Under the pieces are notes generated by a model that was given only the letters and a program-made list of their open reading frames with translations, was not told where the DNA came from and ran no database searches. A program made the position numbers and the translations under genes. A stretch of 64,000 nt of DNA from Bugula neritina (lineage: Eukaryota; Animalia; Bryozoa), in NCBI GenBank assembly GCA_964035545.1, contig OZ037765.1:23125504-23189503 (forward strand), written 5' to 3'. Shown here piece after piece: positions 1 through 12,600 of the stretch (its first letter is position 1; each line of letters opens with the position of its first letter).

Positions 1-3000
1 GTATAACTGACTGAGGCAATAGCAAAATATATATCAAAACGAATTTCTGTAATATCAATACATAGGATGGACCAAATACTGGCTCAGCAAGCAATTTTTG
101 TATAATACGTTTTTGTTATATAACATGTCATAATGAACTGCTGGGTTAATCAAAAGTTGTCTTACCTCATCATAAGAGACCACAGGCTTCTCTGATTGGT
201 TAAGTTGTCTTTCATTGTATGACATGAGCATAACTAGTGAGGCTTGATGGCAAGAAGGTAGACAGGGAAGGTTAGACAACTCTCCGGTCTCCTAAGAAGT
301 AAATCAACAGATCTATTTCGTATTCAATAGCTTGAACTCAATGAAATTCAATGAAAATACAGAATCAGACAAGCTGAAAATAATCATTCATACAAATCTT
401 GATTCTATATATCATTTTAAAAATGCAAAAAAAATTCAAAGAAAAAGAAAGTTCAAAAATATTGACAGTGTATAATTTTAATATTTGTAAAAGATTTAAC
501 AGCAAAGTATGTGATTATTTAATTTCTATATATTTGCTAATTTCAATGTATAGATTAAGTATAATAAAGTTAAAACCAACCACACGGCTTGAAGGGTAAC
601 AGAATATAGCAATATAGCTTTCTCTCCCTTGAAGAGTTTGGGAGGGTATAGATATATGCGAATAGCCAGGCCCCTTTATGGTTAAATCTTCTGAATTCAA
701 TATAAGAGTCACCAAACTGGCACCAGTCTTCTTGTGAAAGGTTATCAAGCTGGTGTAAAATAAACAATTCTTATGTAGCAGACTGAGATGTAAATGTGAA
801 CAGAAATTTAATGCTTAGAAGAAAATGTGATAAACTAGTACATGTAATAGTAATACAGTTGCCAGTGAAATAAATATAAATAGAACATAGGTGTCTTTAC
901 TTCTACTGATAGTGTACATTACCTGCTACAATAGTCAATAGAACATCTGTTGAGGTACAGCTTCATGTCCCCTTGAGGCGAGTATTTGCTCAGAACATCA
1001 TAGAAATAAAATGTAAACTAAAAACAAAACAATTACGTATCATATGTGTATCATGTAAAACATGGAACAACAGTGGCCTAGTCGCAAAAGCCAAGTCATG
1101 AGTTTGAACTTAGGTAAAAGCAATTGGTGATGTAAGGAAAGAAATTACCCCCCCCTCCCCCCCCCCCCTGTTACAGAAGAAACAAGTTCTTAACCCAATT
1201 AAATAGCCACCAGGGGCTCTCATGAGAATGGAGAATTTAAAAAACTCTGTATGTATTATATAAAAGGCATAAAATACACAAAAATATACATTTTGTTGAG
1301 CTTGAATATGTGAAGCATAATAAAAACTTCATACGAGTATTTTAATCTTGAGTATAATTACTTTTGAGTAAATAGCATCCTTATACTTTTTCAGCCAGAC
1401 ATGTAACTCAGGGTTAGAGGCTGTCTTCATGCCAAGGAAACCAATCTTAATAAGAGTTGAGGTTTTGGTGGTTTGTGGAGATACAACAGACAGAATATGC
1501 GATATCTTGGTGTGAGCATTCTGGAGGTGTAGTAGTGACTCGGGGTAACACCATTTTGACATAGCTATGTCTGCTTGTAGGAGACTCTCTATCACCTCAC
1601 ACTCCGTTCTATAAACATAAACCACCAGGTCAGTAGTATGCAGTGTGTGTAAAACAAGCAGTTCACCATTTATGTGACCCAAGAAACAAAATTTGCTCAA
1701 CAAACATTAAACAACACACAGAGACATCTTCCCTAGTTACTGATTGATTTTTATTTAACAATTTCGCTACTCTATATTAACAATTTATCTATAGCATACA
1801 TAAGCTTACAGTATTCTAAGATACATTCATGTAAGTGTTAGTTGTTGTAAAGTTAATATCCACAATAATGCACTACTAAAAACTATATTGTGCTATATTT
1901 TAGATTTATTTCATAATTATCAGAAAGATAAAAGGCTTTACAATGTTTAAAACTCATAATCTTGTGAAATATGAGTAGAGGAAAACTTGAATAAAGTTTT
2001 TAATAAATTTGAAATAATGTTTATACAAATCAAGAAATTTCAAATTATGGCTAGTCAAATAATTTATTTGAAAACCCTTAGAATGTCTGAAAAAATATTT
2101 AAAAATAACACACATTTCTATTAAAAACAAAACCAATTTCTACACAAACAGCACAACATGAAATGGCAGTACTACAAATAAAATGTATTTAATAACACAC
2201 TGACTAGCCGTAACTCACAATATCATATTTAAGCTGTCTAAAATTAGAAATGATTTTAAAAGAGAGGCTTACATGAAGTTAGCAATGAGAGGTTCCAGTT
2301 GCTGGTGAAGGTGATATGAAGGATCATGGCATTTGCTAAGAATGTCACTCAATTTCAGAAGCAAATCACTTCGATCACAAAACTTAATACTGGTCATGGC
2401 ATGCAAGCTACTGAAACTACAAGTCTGTTGAGGAACTATAACTGCATGCATATAGTAATCAACAAAATTATAAATACAGAATATCTAACTTATCATAGCA
2501 TATCTATTAGAAGAATTTTTATACATTCTTGAAAAATAATAATTTTAGTTTTGCAATCTCTATGAAAACCTAGGAATAAGGTGTTTTTGAGACTAGAAAA
2601 GCCTGTTCCTTAAACTCTACAACAACATGACTCAAGTGTTTTACAGTAGCACAAAGTCAACTTTACTTGAATTTGCTGCCTACCCAACTGTAGTCAAAAT
2701 GAGAACAAAACGAAATTCAAAAGATTTTAAATATTGAACAAAAGGATACAAATCTATCATAAGTGATTTCACTTGTACATATGGTATTAGTCCTCCACAA
2801 AGATATGCAAGAGAAGAAAATTTAGATAAAGTTTTAGCTCCTTGCTCTTCAATCTTTTTACATTCAATAGCCACAGCATCGTACACTCCTTTAGCCTTAA
2901 TAAAAAATCAGGGAAATAAAAACCAACAGCTAGTGCTGGAAGAACTGCCTATAATATCTTTTACCAATATAATGTAAAATTCACATTAAATAAATACAAC

Positions 3001-3705
3001 AGAGCTAAATCAAAAGGTGCAATATATGTTATAATTACTTCAAACATTATTAATTATATTATTCTTACATCTTTTCTTCCAAACCATTTGGGACTCAAAT
3101 ACAAAAAAGAAGAGTAAGATTTTTCTGCTATCGCAAGCTGGCTCAAACTATTCAGTATCATAGGCCATATGCTAGGTATGTCTTGTGGGTTTGACTTGCA
3201 GTATTCCTTATCTTTATCCTGAATAAGCACAATAAACATTCGCAAAAACTCTAGATAAAAAATTAATCCGCTTGAGCAACACAAGGAGATCATGTTTTTA
3301 TATTCAGCAATTAAATTTAGCAGTTGATGCTTTTAATTTAAACAGTAGCAAACAAAAAATCCTCCTAACAAATTTTTTCTGTTTTCCACATACACTGTTT
3401 TCGTTTTACATTGCAAACACTTTCGGCATATCACATATGTCATTTGTTACGCAAAAATTACAACCAAAGAAAAATGATAACTTACACGCTCTCACATATA
3501 TATTTTATTTAAAAACACAGCATCTAGAAAGATAAATTACTAATGACTAATTATAAATCAAATGACTCTTTGAAACCCAAATTACTTCTTAAGAACTTAC
3601 CACTAAATCTTTAGCTTTGTCATATTGAAATATTTTTAGATTATCTAAAAATGTTCCAACTACTCTCTCCGGAATATGATTATCATCTGACTGAAAACTT
3701 GCCAT
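1..3705 (-). CDS. KICS2: KICSTOR complex subunit 2 (C12orf66 homolog), multi-exon, 3' end beyond window start
   Basis: Exons ~3601-3705, 3069-3218, 2750-2895, 2273-2416, 1361-1608, 923-1017, 581-749 and 166-291 join in frame: MASFQSDDNHIPERVVGTFLDNLKIFQYDKAKDLV-DKDKE..LSQLAIAEKSYSSFLYL..FGRKD..IDFF..SKWCYPESLLHLQNAHTKI..LHVWL..KFTFYFYDVLS..GPGYSH. This is collinear with recalled human C12orf66 motifs (FSYDKAKDNV, LAAAEKVY, SLVNLHSAHTKL, KFSFYFHEALS, GHGYHH). Confidence 0.88.
1071..1235 (+). mobile_element. degenerate tRNA-derived SINE copy (same family as 55620-55776) with internal poly-C tract
   Basis: AAGTCATGAGTTTGAACTTAGGTAAAAGCAATTGGTGATGTAAGGA aligns with the reverse complement of ~55688-55733 (AAGTCATGGGTTCGAACCCCAGTAAAGGCCATTGGTGATGTTAGGA). 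The downstream CCTG..AAGTTCTTAACCCAATT also matches. A-box remnant TGGCCTAGT. Confidence 0.6.
2417..2749 (-). other. U12-type (minor spliceosome) GT-AG intron in KICS2
   Basis: 5' site GTATCCTTT(TG); branch-like TTCCTCAAC at 2435-2427, about 10 nt before the AG; no long polypyrimidine tract. Removing it restores the frame (MIDF|FSSLH). Confidence 0.8.
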
Positions 3706-4274
3706 CTTTTTCTTCAATATAAATTAAAGACAATGATAGCTGTTATTACTAACTAGCAATTAGTCATAATGATAATAATAGTTATATAATAATCATTATA
3801 ATCATACTCATAGCAACAGAAATTACCAGACTAGGTTTAGACTTGGAGTTAGTAATTCACTTTAGACTTAGTAATCGTTATTACTACCCATTATTATCAG
3901 ACTAATAGTAATTAATTACAAGTATTACTAATAATATTAGCATTGTTATTATAAGTACAATATCATAATTAAAAATAATTTTAAATGTTAATCATAATGC
4001 ATAGTAATAGTATTACTATTAGACTTGGTTGTAGTAATTTAACGCTGCGATAAGATTGCAAGACTATACTCTGGAGTTTCGCAGGAAGCTGATGCTACAC
4101 CCAGAACATAAGAGCTTTTTGCCAAAAGAGTATGAGAGAGAAGACGATATTTGCCAGTCAGATAAAATGTATTGAAGACCTGCTTATTATAGAGCCCAGA
4201 TCTGACTTTTTACAATAGCATAGCCACCAAAAGATAATCACAATAACATGTAATCATAGCGAGAATATTGTCAC

Positions 4275-4615
4275 TAAGCGCAGCTCCGGTCCAACTCATT
4301 CACTGAGGCCTTCCACATCAATTATATATGAGTGAAAAGCCTCGTTTTGAAATGGGGGATCGATTCAGGCATCTCATTATGTCGAATCAGCACATTCAGG
4401 ACATCTGAAAATCCGATTAGAGTCCCAATCGGAGACATCGGACATCCGAATTGACTTTCAGACGTCCGATTTGGCCGAATTCAGACTTCTGTCAGAGAGC
4501 TCATCACGCCATATGGATTGCATCATCATTTACAAACTAGCCAATAGAAATCAATCCCATATGCGTGAACACAAGAAGTTACAGAAAGCTCTAGACATGC
4601 CCGGAGCCAGGCTTA
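4275..4615. mobile_element. candidate MITE / non-autonomous DNA transposon
   Basis: Imperfect terminal inverted repeats TAAGCGCAGCTCCGG ... CCGGAGCCAGGCTTA (12/15). Interior is GC-richer with nested inverted repeats (GGACATCTGAAA/TTTCAGACGTCC, TCCGATT/AATCGGA, TCGGA-CA-TCCGA). Confidence 0.4.
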
Positions 4616-6684
4616 TACATAACGACCACCAACCCATGTGCGTGATATAAGAACAAAGAAAAGGTAAAAGAAGATTTTAGACTTGACCCGTTGAATGCAT
4701 TAAGTACATTGCAGTACACTTCCGTCTATTACTTACAGGCATGAAAATATGTAAAACTAAAAACTACTGCAGGGCAGCAGGAGGTATAGTAATGTCAAGA
4801 TGTACAGCCAAAAATAACTTCACCATAACAAAAAAATCATTCGAGCAATGTAAAAATTGAGGTACAGCCACTCAAAGTCAAAGTAAAACTAGATAGTGGA
4901 TTATGAGTTACGATCAGACTATGACTATCATTATGACTATTAGTATTACTATTAGTATTATTAGACTATACTTGTAGTTGTATAAGTTAAGTATAACATT
5001 AACAATCAGTATCACTGTGATAATCATAATGTCAAACAGATAAATGAAATAAAACATAAGTGGAATAAAATTAAATAAAATTAGAAATGACAAGATCATC
5101 ATCACCATAAATATCATCATCGATCATGATTATCAACGTCAAGATCATCATGGTCCCTTCAAGTTCATAATATTTAATTTCATATTGATATTGACCACAT
5201 GATCATCATCAAGATAATGATGTTCATCAAAATGAAAGCTACAAGTACAACCGCAGTAAGATTAATACAGCCATTATGATTATTATTACGTTAAGCTCAA
5301 ATTCAAGTCTAGAAAAATATGTTAAATATACTGAGGTTTGTATAAGAATTAACCAATTACACTTCACATTTATCATTAACTTCCATGAAAAGGTAGTAAT
5401 TTCATGCACAAAATGTTAAAACCCGGAAACAAATAAGACTGAGTAATTGACGCACTGCAAATACTCGAAATTTCAAAATGCTTGCTAAGCAATTTTATAT
5501 GCAAAAATTTTATGTTGAGTATTATAAAAAATAATTTGATTTAATAATTTGTGCGTTTTTGCTGTTACAAAGTAGTGTATGTAAAACTGTAAAAAAGTTC
5601 TCAACAAAGTTGTGTGAAGTTGTCTACTCAACCAAATTGAGTTTGTAACCCCAAACATAACATGGTTTAACTTGAAATTGTAATTATGTAATTATTTATT
5701 GTTTTTCTTACCAAATATAGATGCAGCTTTTGACTTGGACGGCAAAGGTTAGCTCCATATGTGATAGTCAAACTTTCATGAGTGCTTATAATTATTGTCA
5801 TGTAACTTTATGCAAAATTGTTTGTAAGTGCTTGCATTATCCATTATGCTCACTTGTATAAATAGCTGTTTCCTCTGACCACAAACACTCTCATCAAAGG
5901 AGTCAGAAACTGTATTTGGTATGTTTTTGAAATTCTACTGATGCACTTCCGGATTGAAGCTGGCTTCAGAATACTGGAGTTTCGACAGCAGGAAGCAGGA
6001 TAATTATGATGCAACATATAAAGATAGTAAACAGAAAATATTGTCCATTTAAAATCCAAAATCTTAGAGAGTTCAGTTAATATTCACAGCAACAGCTATT
6101 AAGTTATAACACTATAAAGTGTACATGGTGATTTAAGACTATATGCATAAAAGTTGCATTCTATATATATATATAGTATCATAGACGCTGTTGATTTTTT
6201 ACTAATCAAATTACATTCCGAGAAAAGAACGAATAATAAATAAATACTGCATCTTCTCAACGCATCCAATGATATTTACTAAATAAAAGGTATGTGCACC
6301 CAGATAAATTGCAGCCACCATTGGTCACTTGGTATCTGCGTTGTATATAAACCATAAGGGAGGACAACTTTATGATTATGTAATTGGACACTGCTTACAT
6401 GTTCTTCTGTTTTTCCTTACATTTTATTCTCAAATAACACACAAATGACTCTCATTTCAACATTTACAACCAATACTTATTTATGAGAAAATTAAAGCAA
6501 TAATCACTGTGTAATTTCAACAGGTCAAGTAGCATATATTTTTACAACGATTACTAAAATACCATATTTCATAGGCCAGAAACAATCTATAATTTATAAC
6601 AAATAATACAAATTTTCTATCAAATAATAACATGCAGTGGAGAAATAGGGGTGAATTAATTGAGTCAGTTAATGAATTCACTAA

Positions 6685-8592
6685 TCAGTCTGCTTTTCCA
6701 TGGTTTATATTCCCATCTTCATCAATGTCTTCTGCTTTTATGAACTGTTGAATGTGAAACAAAGACACCTACAATGGAAACAAGGATAAAACTAGCAGAC
6801 TACAACAACTTGGAATATAACAACTCAAGTTATAATTAAAGCTATAATTTAGGTGTACTACAGGTCCATAAATAGAATTATTTCATACTTACTTGATGAT
6901 TAACCATGGAACGTAAAGCTACAGCACCAATTATGATTTCACAGACCACAAATATTGCTAGCACCGAATTCATAGCAATTTCTAAAGGCATATTTTTTGT
7001 AGCTTTATAATTTAATAATAAGAAGAGAGTTGATGGAAACTGAAGGAGAATGGTTAACAACCAAGAACCGGCAAGTTCTGGAACCTAAAACAATATTTTG
7101 AAAGTGAGTAAAGTGATCAACAAAAAATAACACTGTGTTATTTCTTTTTACCGTTAATTTCAAAGCCAGGCCATTTAATATTTCAGCATACACTCATTAA
7201 CAAAAACAAGTAAAAAAGTCGGTATGAAATTTCTTTATCAACAAAACACAAAGTGCGCACATTTACATGAACTAGAGTTTCATATTTATCAAGAATCAAA
7301 ACTCTTGTAAGAATTTAACTGTAAGCATTAACATGTAGGCTACAAACTTTGCCTTTCTAGAGGCAAGGTTTTGGTGGGTTTACTGTGTAATACAGAAGTA
7401 ATGATGAGCATATTATCTTCTCCCCTAATGGCCACAGCCGATTCACCAGCTAAACACAACGTGTTACCTTTTCTGTAAGATTTCCAAGGTATCCCAGATA
7501 AAGTCGTATAATTTCCACTATAGACATCATAACAATTAATGAAATTATTACAACTTTGTATAGGGCATCCAGGCATTCATACTACAACACATACAAAACT
7601 TTTAGAAAATAACTTTTTTTCTAAATAAGTATGTTAAACTTGCATATAGTAAGTCATTACTCCAAATTTCTTTTTCATTAGCATTCATAATAGTTGATAG
7701 TAACATATTTTATGAAGAAAATAAAATTATCTTATTTCAATAGAAAATATTTATAAATGATGAAAAATTTAACACTTTGCCCAATTTACCTTTGCTTGGT
7801 ATGTGACACAACTGGATATAATCCACATAGGAAAGAAAAAAGCATTAAAGTAGAGTGCCATTTGAAGGGGAAGACTGGTCATATATTCATTTCCTGAAGA
7901 TGGATATCAACATACAACATAATTTCTTAAAGCTTGCTTTCAGTTACTTAAAACTATTTGAATAAACCACACTTTCCTAATACATTGTTGGCAGTAAAAG
8001 AAATATCTATACTCTATACTCTATAGTAATCAAAACTATCACAGAACTTGCAGTCATAACCCCGAAATCAAATTTAAATTAAAATAGATCGTCATTATTA
8101 CTGCTGTGGCTATAGTAATAGTGTATCATATTCATTTTGATCTTTGTCTATAACAGTATAACTATAACATCAACTAATACTATAAGTATAAGTATAAATT
8201 ATTAAATAGAAGACTAAATACAACTACAAATACAAGGCTAAGGTGAAGATTATCATTATGATAAACTATTATTTAGTATTACTAATACTAATACTAGTAA
8301 TAGTAATACTATTAGTATTAATATTAGTATTAGTAATAGTATTAGACATTTACAACTACATTAGTATAACATTATGATTATGATTATGGCTGAGTTTAAC
8401 TATAAAAATATTTTCGAATAATGCCTCAAAGCCGTTATTTATTGCAGAAATTCAAGATAAAAAAATACCTCTTCGAACATCTTTTGAAATATGGTGACGA
8501 GAAAATGAATTGTGGTCAACAAATAACTTTTCAGTTACTTTACTGACAGCTTTTCTAACATTTTTCGGCAGTCCTGGCCCATGATCAGCCAT
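6685..8592 (-). CDS. TMEM17: Transmembrane protein 17 (ciliary transition zone), 5 exons, 205 aa
   Basis: Exons 8469-8592, 7790-7893, 7468-7581, 6893-7084 and 6685-6768 give MADHGPGLPKNVRK..NEYMTSLPLQMALYFNAFFFPMW..EIIRLYLGYLGNLTEKVPELAGSWLLTILLQFP..PLE..LRSMVNHQVSLFHIQQF, matching TMEM17 motifs (SLALQMSLYFN, IRLYLGYVGNLQEKVPELAGFWLL). Confidence 0.93.
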
Positions 8593-9617
8593 TTTGTCAC
8601 GTGGTGTAAACAAGAGACAAATCTCGATGCGAATAAGTAGCATTTCTAAAGTTCAAGAAAAGATAACTACTATTCTAAAAAGCATAATTTTGTTTCTAGT
8701 AGACATCAAGCATTTAATACCATAATAACCATAAATCTTGTCATTCTAAAATGATTTAATGATGGGTTATTGTTTTTAAAGTTTTAGAAATTTTGCCAAC
8801 GTAGCCAATGAAAAAGGTGAAAATATCTATTTAAAGTGTACATTGACCAGCTGCAGTGCTGTTAGACCCTAGGGCCTAGAGTCTAGACTCTAGATAATGT
8901 TAAGAGCTAAAATAGCATGTAGTAAATAAAGTATAATTAAAGAGCTTGAAGTTTGTCCAATAATCTTTAGTGTCCATTACACGCATCAGTAAAATTTTCT
9001 TTGCCAAGAAGTTGCAATCTAAACTTGCTTTCTGCTTTCAATCATACTCTCTAAAAGGACACTCAACTATTGATCATTGATTACTTTAGTAACTGGCAGG
9101 TCTCAAACCATGGTTTATTTTGAATATTTTGTTACATATATACATTATATTCACAAGTTAAAGCAAAAAATGATAGATCTTATTGCATGCCTGTGTTTAC
9201 TTTTATATGCTTTGTTAGCTATGCATATCTACCTATTAAACAAGATAACCATAACAAATACATTTAATATTTTAGAAGACCTGTGAGGATTACAAAGAGT
9301 GCAGGGATCTAAAAATAAGATAAAAACTAGTCATTTATTTTTTTGCATAGTGCCATTGTATATAACATGTTTAAAACGTATGCATTAAGCTGATAAAACA
9401 TTTATTGTACTAGTTTTCTTCAATGGACTAGTAAATATTATTAAATTAAAAAAATAATATAAATGAGTGTAATATTTACAAAAAGGTTCCGTACAGATAA
9501 GTATCTTATTCTAAAAATGTATATTACAGCAAGTCTTATCATCTACCATATAGACACATAGACGGTAATTTACACATTGTTGCTATGCATTGTTCTGGCG
9601 AATTGTAAAGGAGGTGT

Positions 9618-12600
9618 TTAGAGTTTCGGTTTTTTCCATGCCGGCACATCATCTTCCCCATCACTCTTTTCTTCTTCTTGTAAAATAGTTACTGGCTGCG
9701 TTCTGTAAGTTTTACAGTTCAAAGAAGTATGCATGACAATTCAGTGTATAAATCAAAAAGAGTTTCTCATAGTGCATGTTAAAATTCTCAACTTGATAAA
9801 CAAAAATACTCACTTGTGGTAGGCTTGACCTGACCAGTAAGGATCTTTAGCAGCTTCTTCAGCATGTCGAAGAATAGCAGCTCTGGGATCTTTATCACGA
9901 TCATCAGGTTTACGAGTAGCAATCTGCTTTGCAACATATTGAGACAATGTTGATCCATGAGCCATAACTCTTCCATCCACGCCGACTGTTAATCAAAAAT
10001 GATTAAAGTATTACAATATAATATTTAGACATGTGTATCTCATCCATGAATAGTGTAGATAAATCAAATACTTATAGTAGTTACCTATCACTTCCCAATT
10101 GAATGAGTGATACAAAACTGTGCCCAAATTCACCAGAGTTTTAGTGTGAAATACTAAATAAGAAACTATTGCTAAGGCGCTCTTTATGAAAAGTTATATG
10201 TAGTTATCAAAAAATTATTGTTTCGTGTAACAAAAGATAATGCCCCGAGTGAGGATCGAACTCACGACCTTCAGATTATGAGACTGACGCGCTGCCTACT
10301 GCGCTATCGAGGCACGTTACTTTGCGCGGGTATACATAAGGTATTGTATACCAATGCTGTAGTAGTTTTAGTACTAAACGAGTACATATGAAATACATTA
10401 TAGCTAGGTTGGCTAATTTTATTTCAGCGAGGGCACAGTTGGTTTTTAAGAATATGGCTATTTTACTTGCCAGTACCTACAGCTAGTTACTTCTTTCGTG
10501 AATACCGTTGGTAATAGATGGAAATAGAAAGTATCCAAGTGCTGTGTTTGAGTAAGTATATGATTTTGTTGCAAATTGAACTAATAAAAGTGATGAAATG
10601 ATTGATAAACTTTTACATCTAGGCACAAAAAATAGACATACAACAATAGACATACAACAATAGACAATAACAATTATAATTGGATGATCTTCCCAATCAT
10701 CAGAAATTGTGGCATTTAAATGACTTAAATTTAAACCAATGACCTAGTGCTCTAGCAACTAAACTATGGATGCTCCAATATGATCGTCAACCAAAAAAAC
10801 TTTACCTGTTATCAATAGCTTCCAATATTAAACCTTGACTTTAGATAAATTTAAATAAGTTATATTGATGTTAAATTTTTACTTGATACTCGTATATTAT
10901 TGAGTCATACTCTTTTACACTAAAGTCTATACCTACATGTACAGCTATTTTACTAAAACTTGCTCTTGAGTTTCGAGTAAATTCAATACATATAAAAACG
11001 TATGCTTACTGGAGCCGCTGATGGGTTTCATTGGAGCTTGTGACTTGACTGGATCCTTCCTGGCCTTTTCAACCTGCTTTTTGGTGCTCATTTCACGGTC
11101 TTCCTTGAACATCTTCAGCGCATAGGCTGTAAGCAGTAGAAATGTGAACATAGTGAGTGAATTTAAAAGGAAAACTTTGTGGTGATAATTATGGCTTACA
11201 TTTTACATTAATGTTATGAATCCAATGGTGATAGCATTTAGATTAGAGTGAAAACACTTTATTATGCATACAAAATAGTAGTCAAAATATAAGATTCAAA
11301 TCTTGCAAATAATGTAGCACATAATATAAAGTCTTTGTCGAATAAATATTACATCAAATGCATATTATATTATCACTAGTGAGTTGTAGCAATAGTAGCA
11401 ATACTAACGTGTTATGATCTTCTGGTGACTCACAAACTGCACATCATTCTTCTTCCTAGCTGTCTTTACAACGCAGAGTTTAGCACCTCTGTGACTCTTC
11501 TCAGGATCATAGTATAACTTACACTCACCATTTCCTGTGCCGATTACTAACTGATTGAGTCGAGGATGCCATAGACATCTCACTACGTGCTGAAAACAGA
11601 AAATCAGTATGAAAAATCAACAGCTGCTTAACACCGATACTTTGCAACATAAAAATCAACTACTTGCAAGAATAACAAAGAATAAGATCAATTGAGATTT
11701 TGAATTGATTTAAACCATGAGACTTGTCTAAAGTGAAGCACTAATTACATATTATAATACTGCGAAAAAGTGTAAATAAGTTAACCACTGCTCTTCTAAG
11801 ACAATGTGGAGTAGGATTATGGGAAGACTTACTGAGTCTGACACATTTGACTCCATCACACGCTGAAGGGAAAGTCTCTCCAGGAACACCAGTTTGCCCT
11901 GTGTCTCCCCTCTGTTTAAAGATGTACCAGTTACCACCATTTTATCATCAGGGCTGAAACAACAGTCTGTCCTACAAAAGTAACAGGGCAGGATGAATAT
12001 AAGATAAATAAATAAAAGACGCTATTTTAAGCATAAAAAATCAAAGTGATATCTATTTTAATATATACATAGGATGTATATAGAAATCAAAATTAGTGAG
12101 ATAGAGCAGGCAGACTATGACAAAAGATAATCATGTGCAATAACACTCTGCTACTCACATGGGAAATTTATTGAACAGGTTATTGGCTACAGCTACAGGT
12201 TCCTTTAGTTTTCTTAGATCCCACAACTTCACAGTATCATCACCTAATAAATAGATAAAATTTTATAATTAGTCATTACAGTGTTTCTTGCTCTTACATG
12301 GGACAGAATACAATATATTATGTAGAGAGCACATACAAATTTAATATCATGTAGAAAAACCTTCAAAAAATACAACTTTTAGTCATTAAATTATGTTTCT
12401 GGTGCTAAACTTGGGAAAACAAAAACTGCTTAATGACAGAATAAATTATATTCTAGACTCTAGAGAATGTATAGAAGAATTACCTCCTCTTGTGGCTATA
12501 GCCTGACCGTCATACGAAAACGTCAAACAGGAAGTATCAGTTCCATTCATGTGTGCATTTCGACACGTCTTGGCCACGTTTACATATCTTTTATAATCCC

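Noticed and set aside
4060-4210. AAGACTATACT matches the 5' end of U3 snoRNA
   Set aside because: No box A (GGATCA), B or C follows. One frame (TLEFRRKLMLHPEHKSFLP) looks more like a decayed LINE 3' fragment, but that is also too weak to call.
4398-4490. AATTCAGAC resembles RNase P RNA CR-V
   Set aside because: No proper GGAAnGTCTGAG CR-I at a suitable distance; the signal is explained by internal MITE repeats.
4914-5120. Hydrophobic Ile/Met-rich ORF
   Set aside because: Artefact of the triplet-phased tract; the same applies to 16489-16833, 27316-27513, 40893-41102 and 43840-44046.
5865-6051. Reading frame interrupted by a single TGA (LVCF*NSTD), a possible selenoprotein
   Set aside because: No start codon context, no known Sec motif or family similarity, and no recognisable SECIS downstream.
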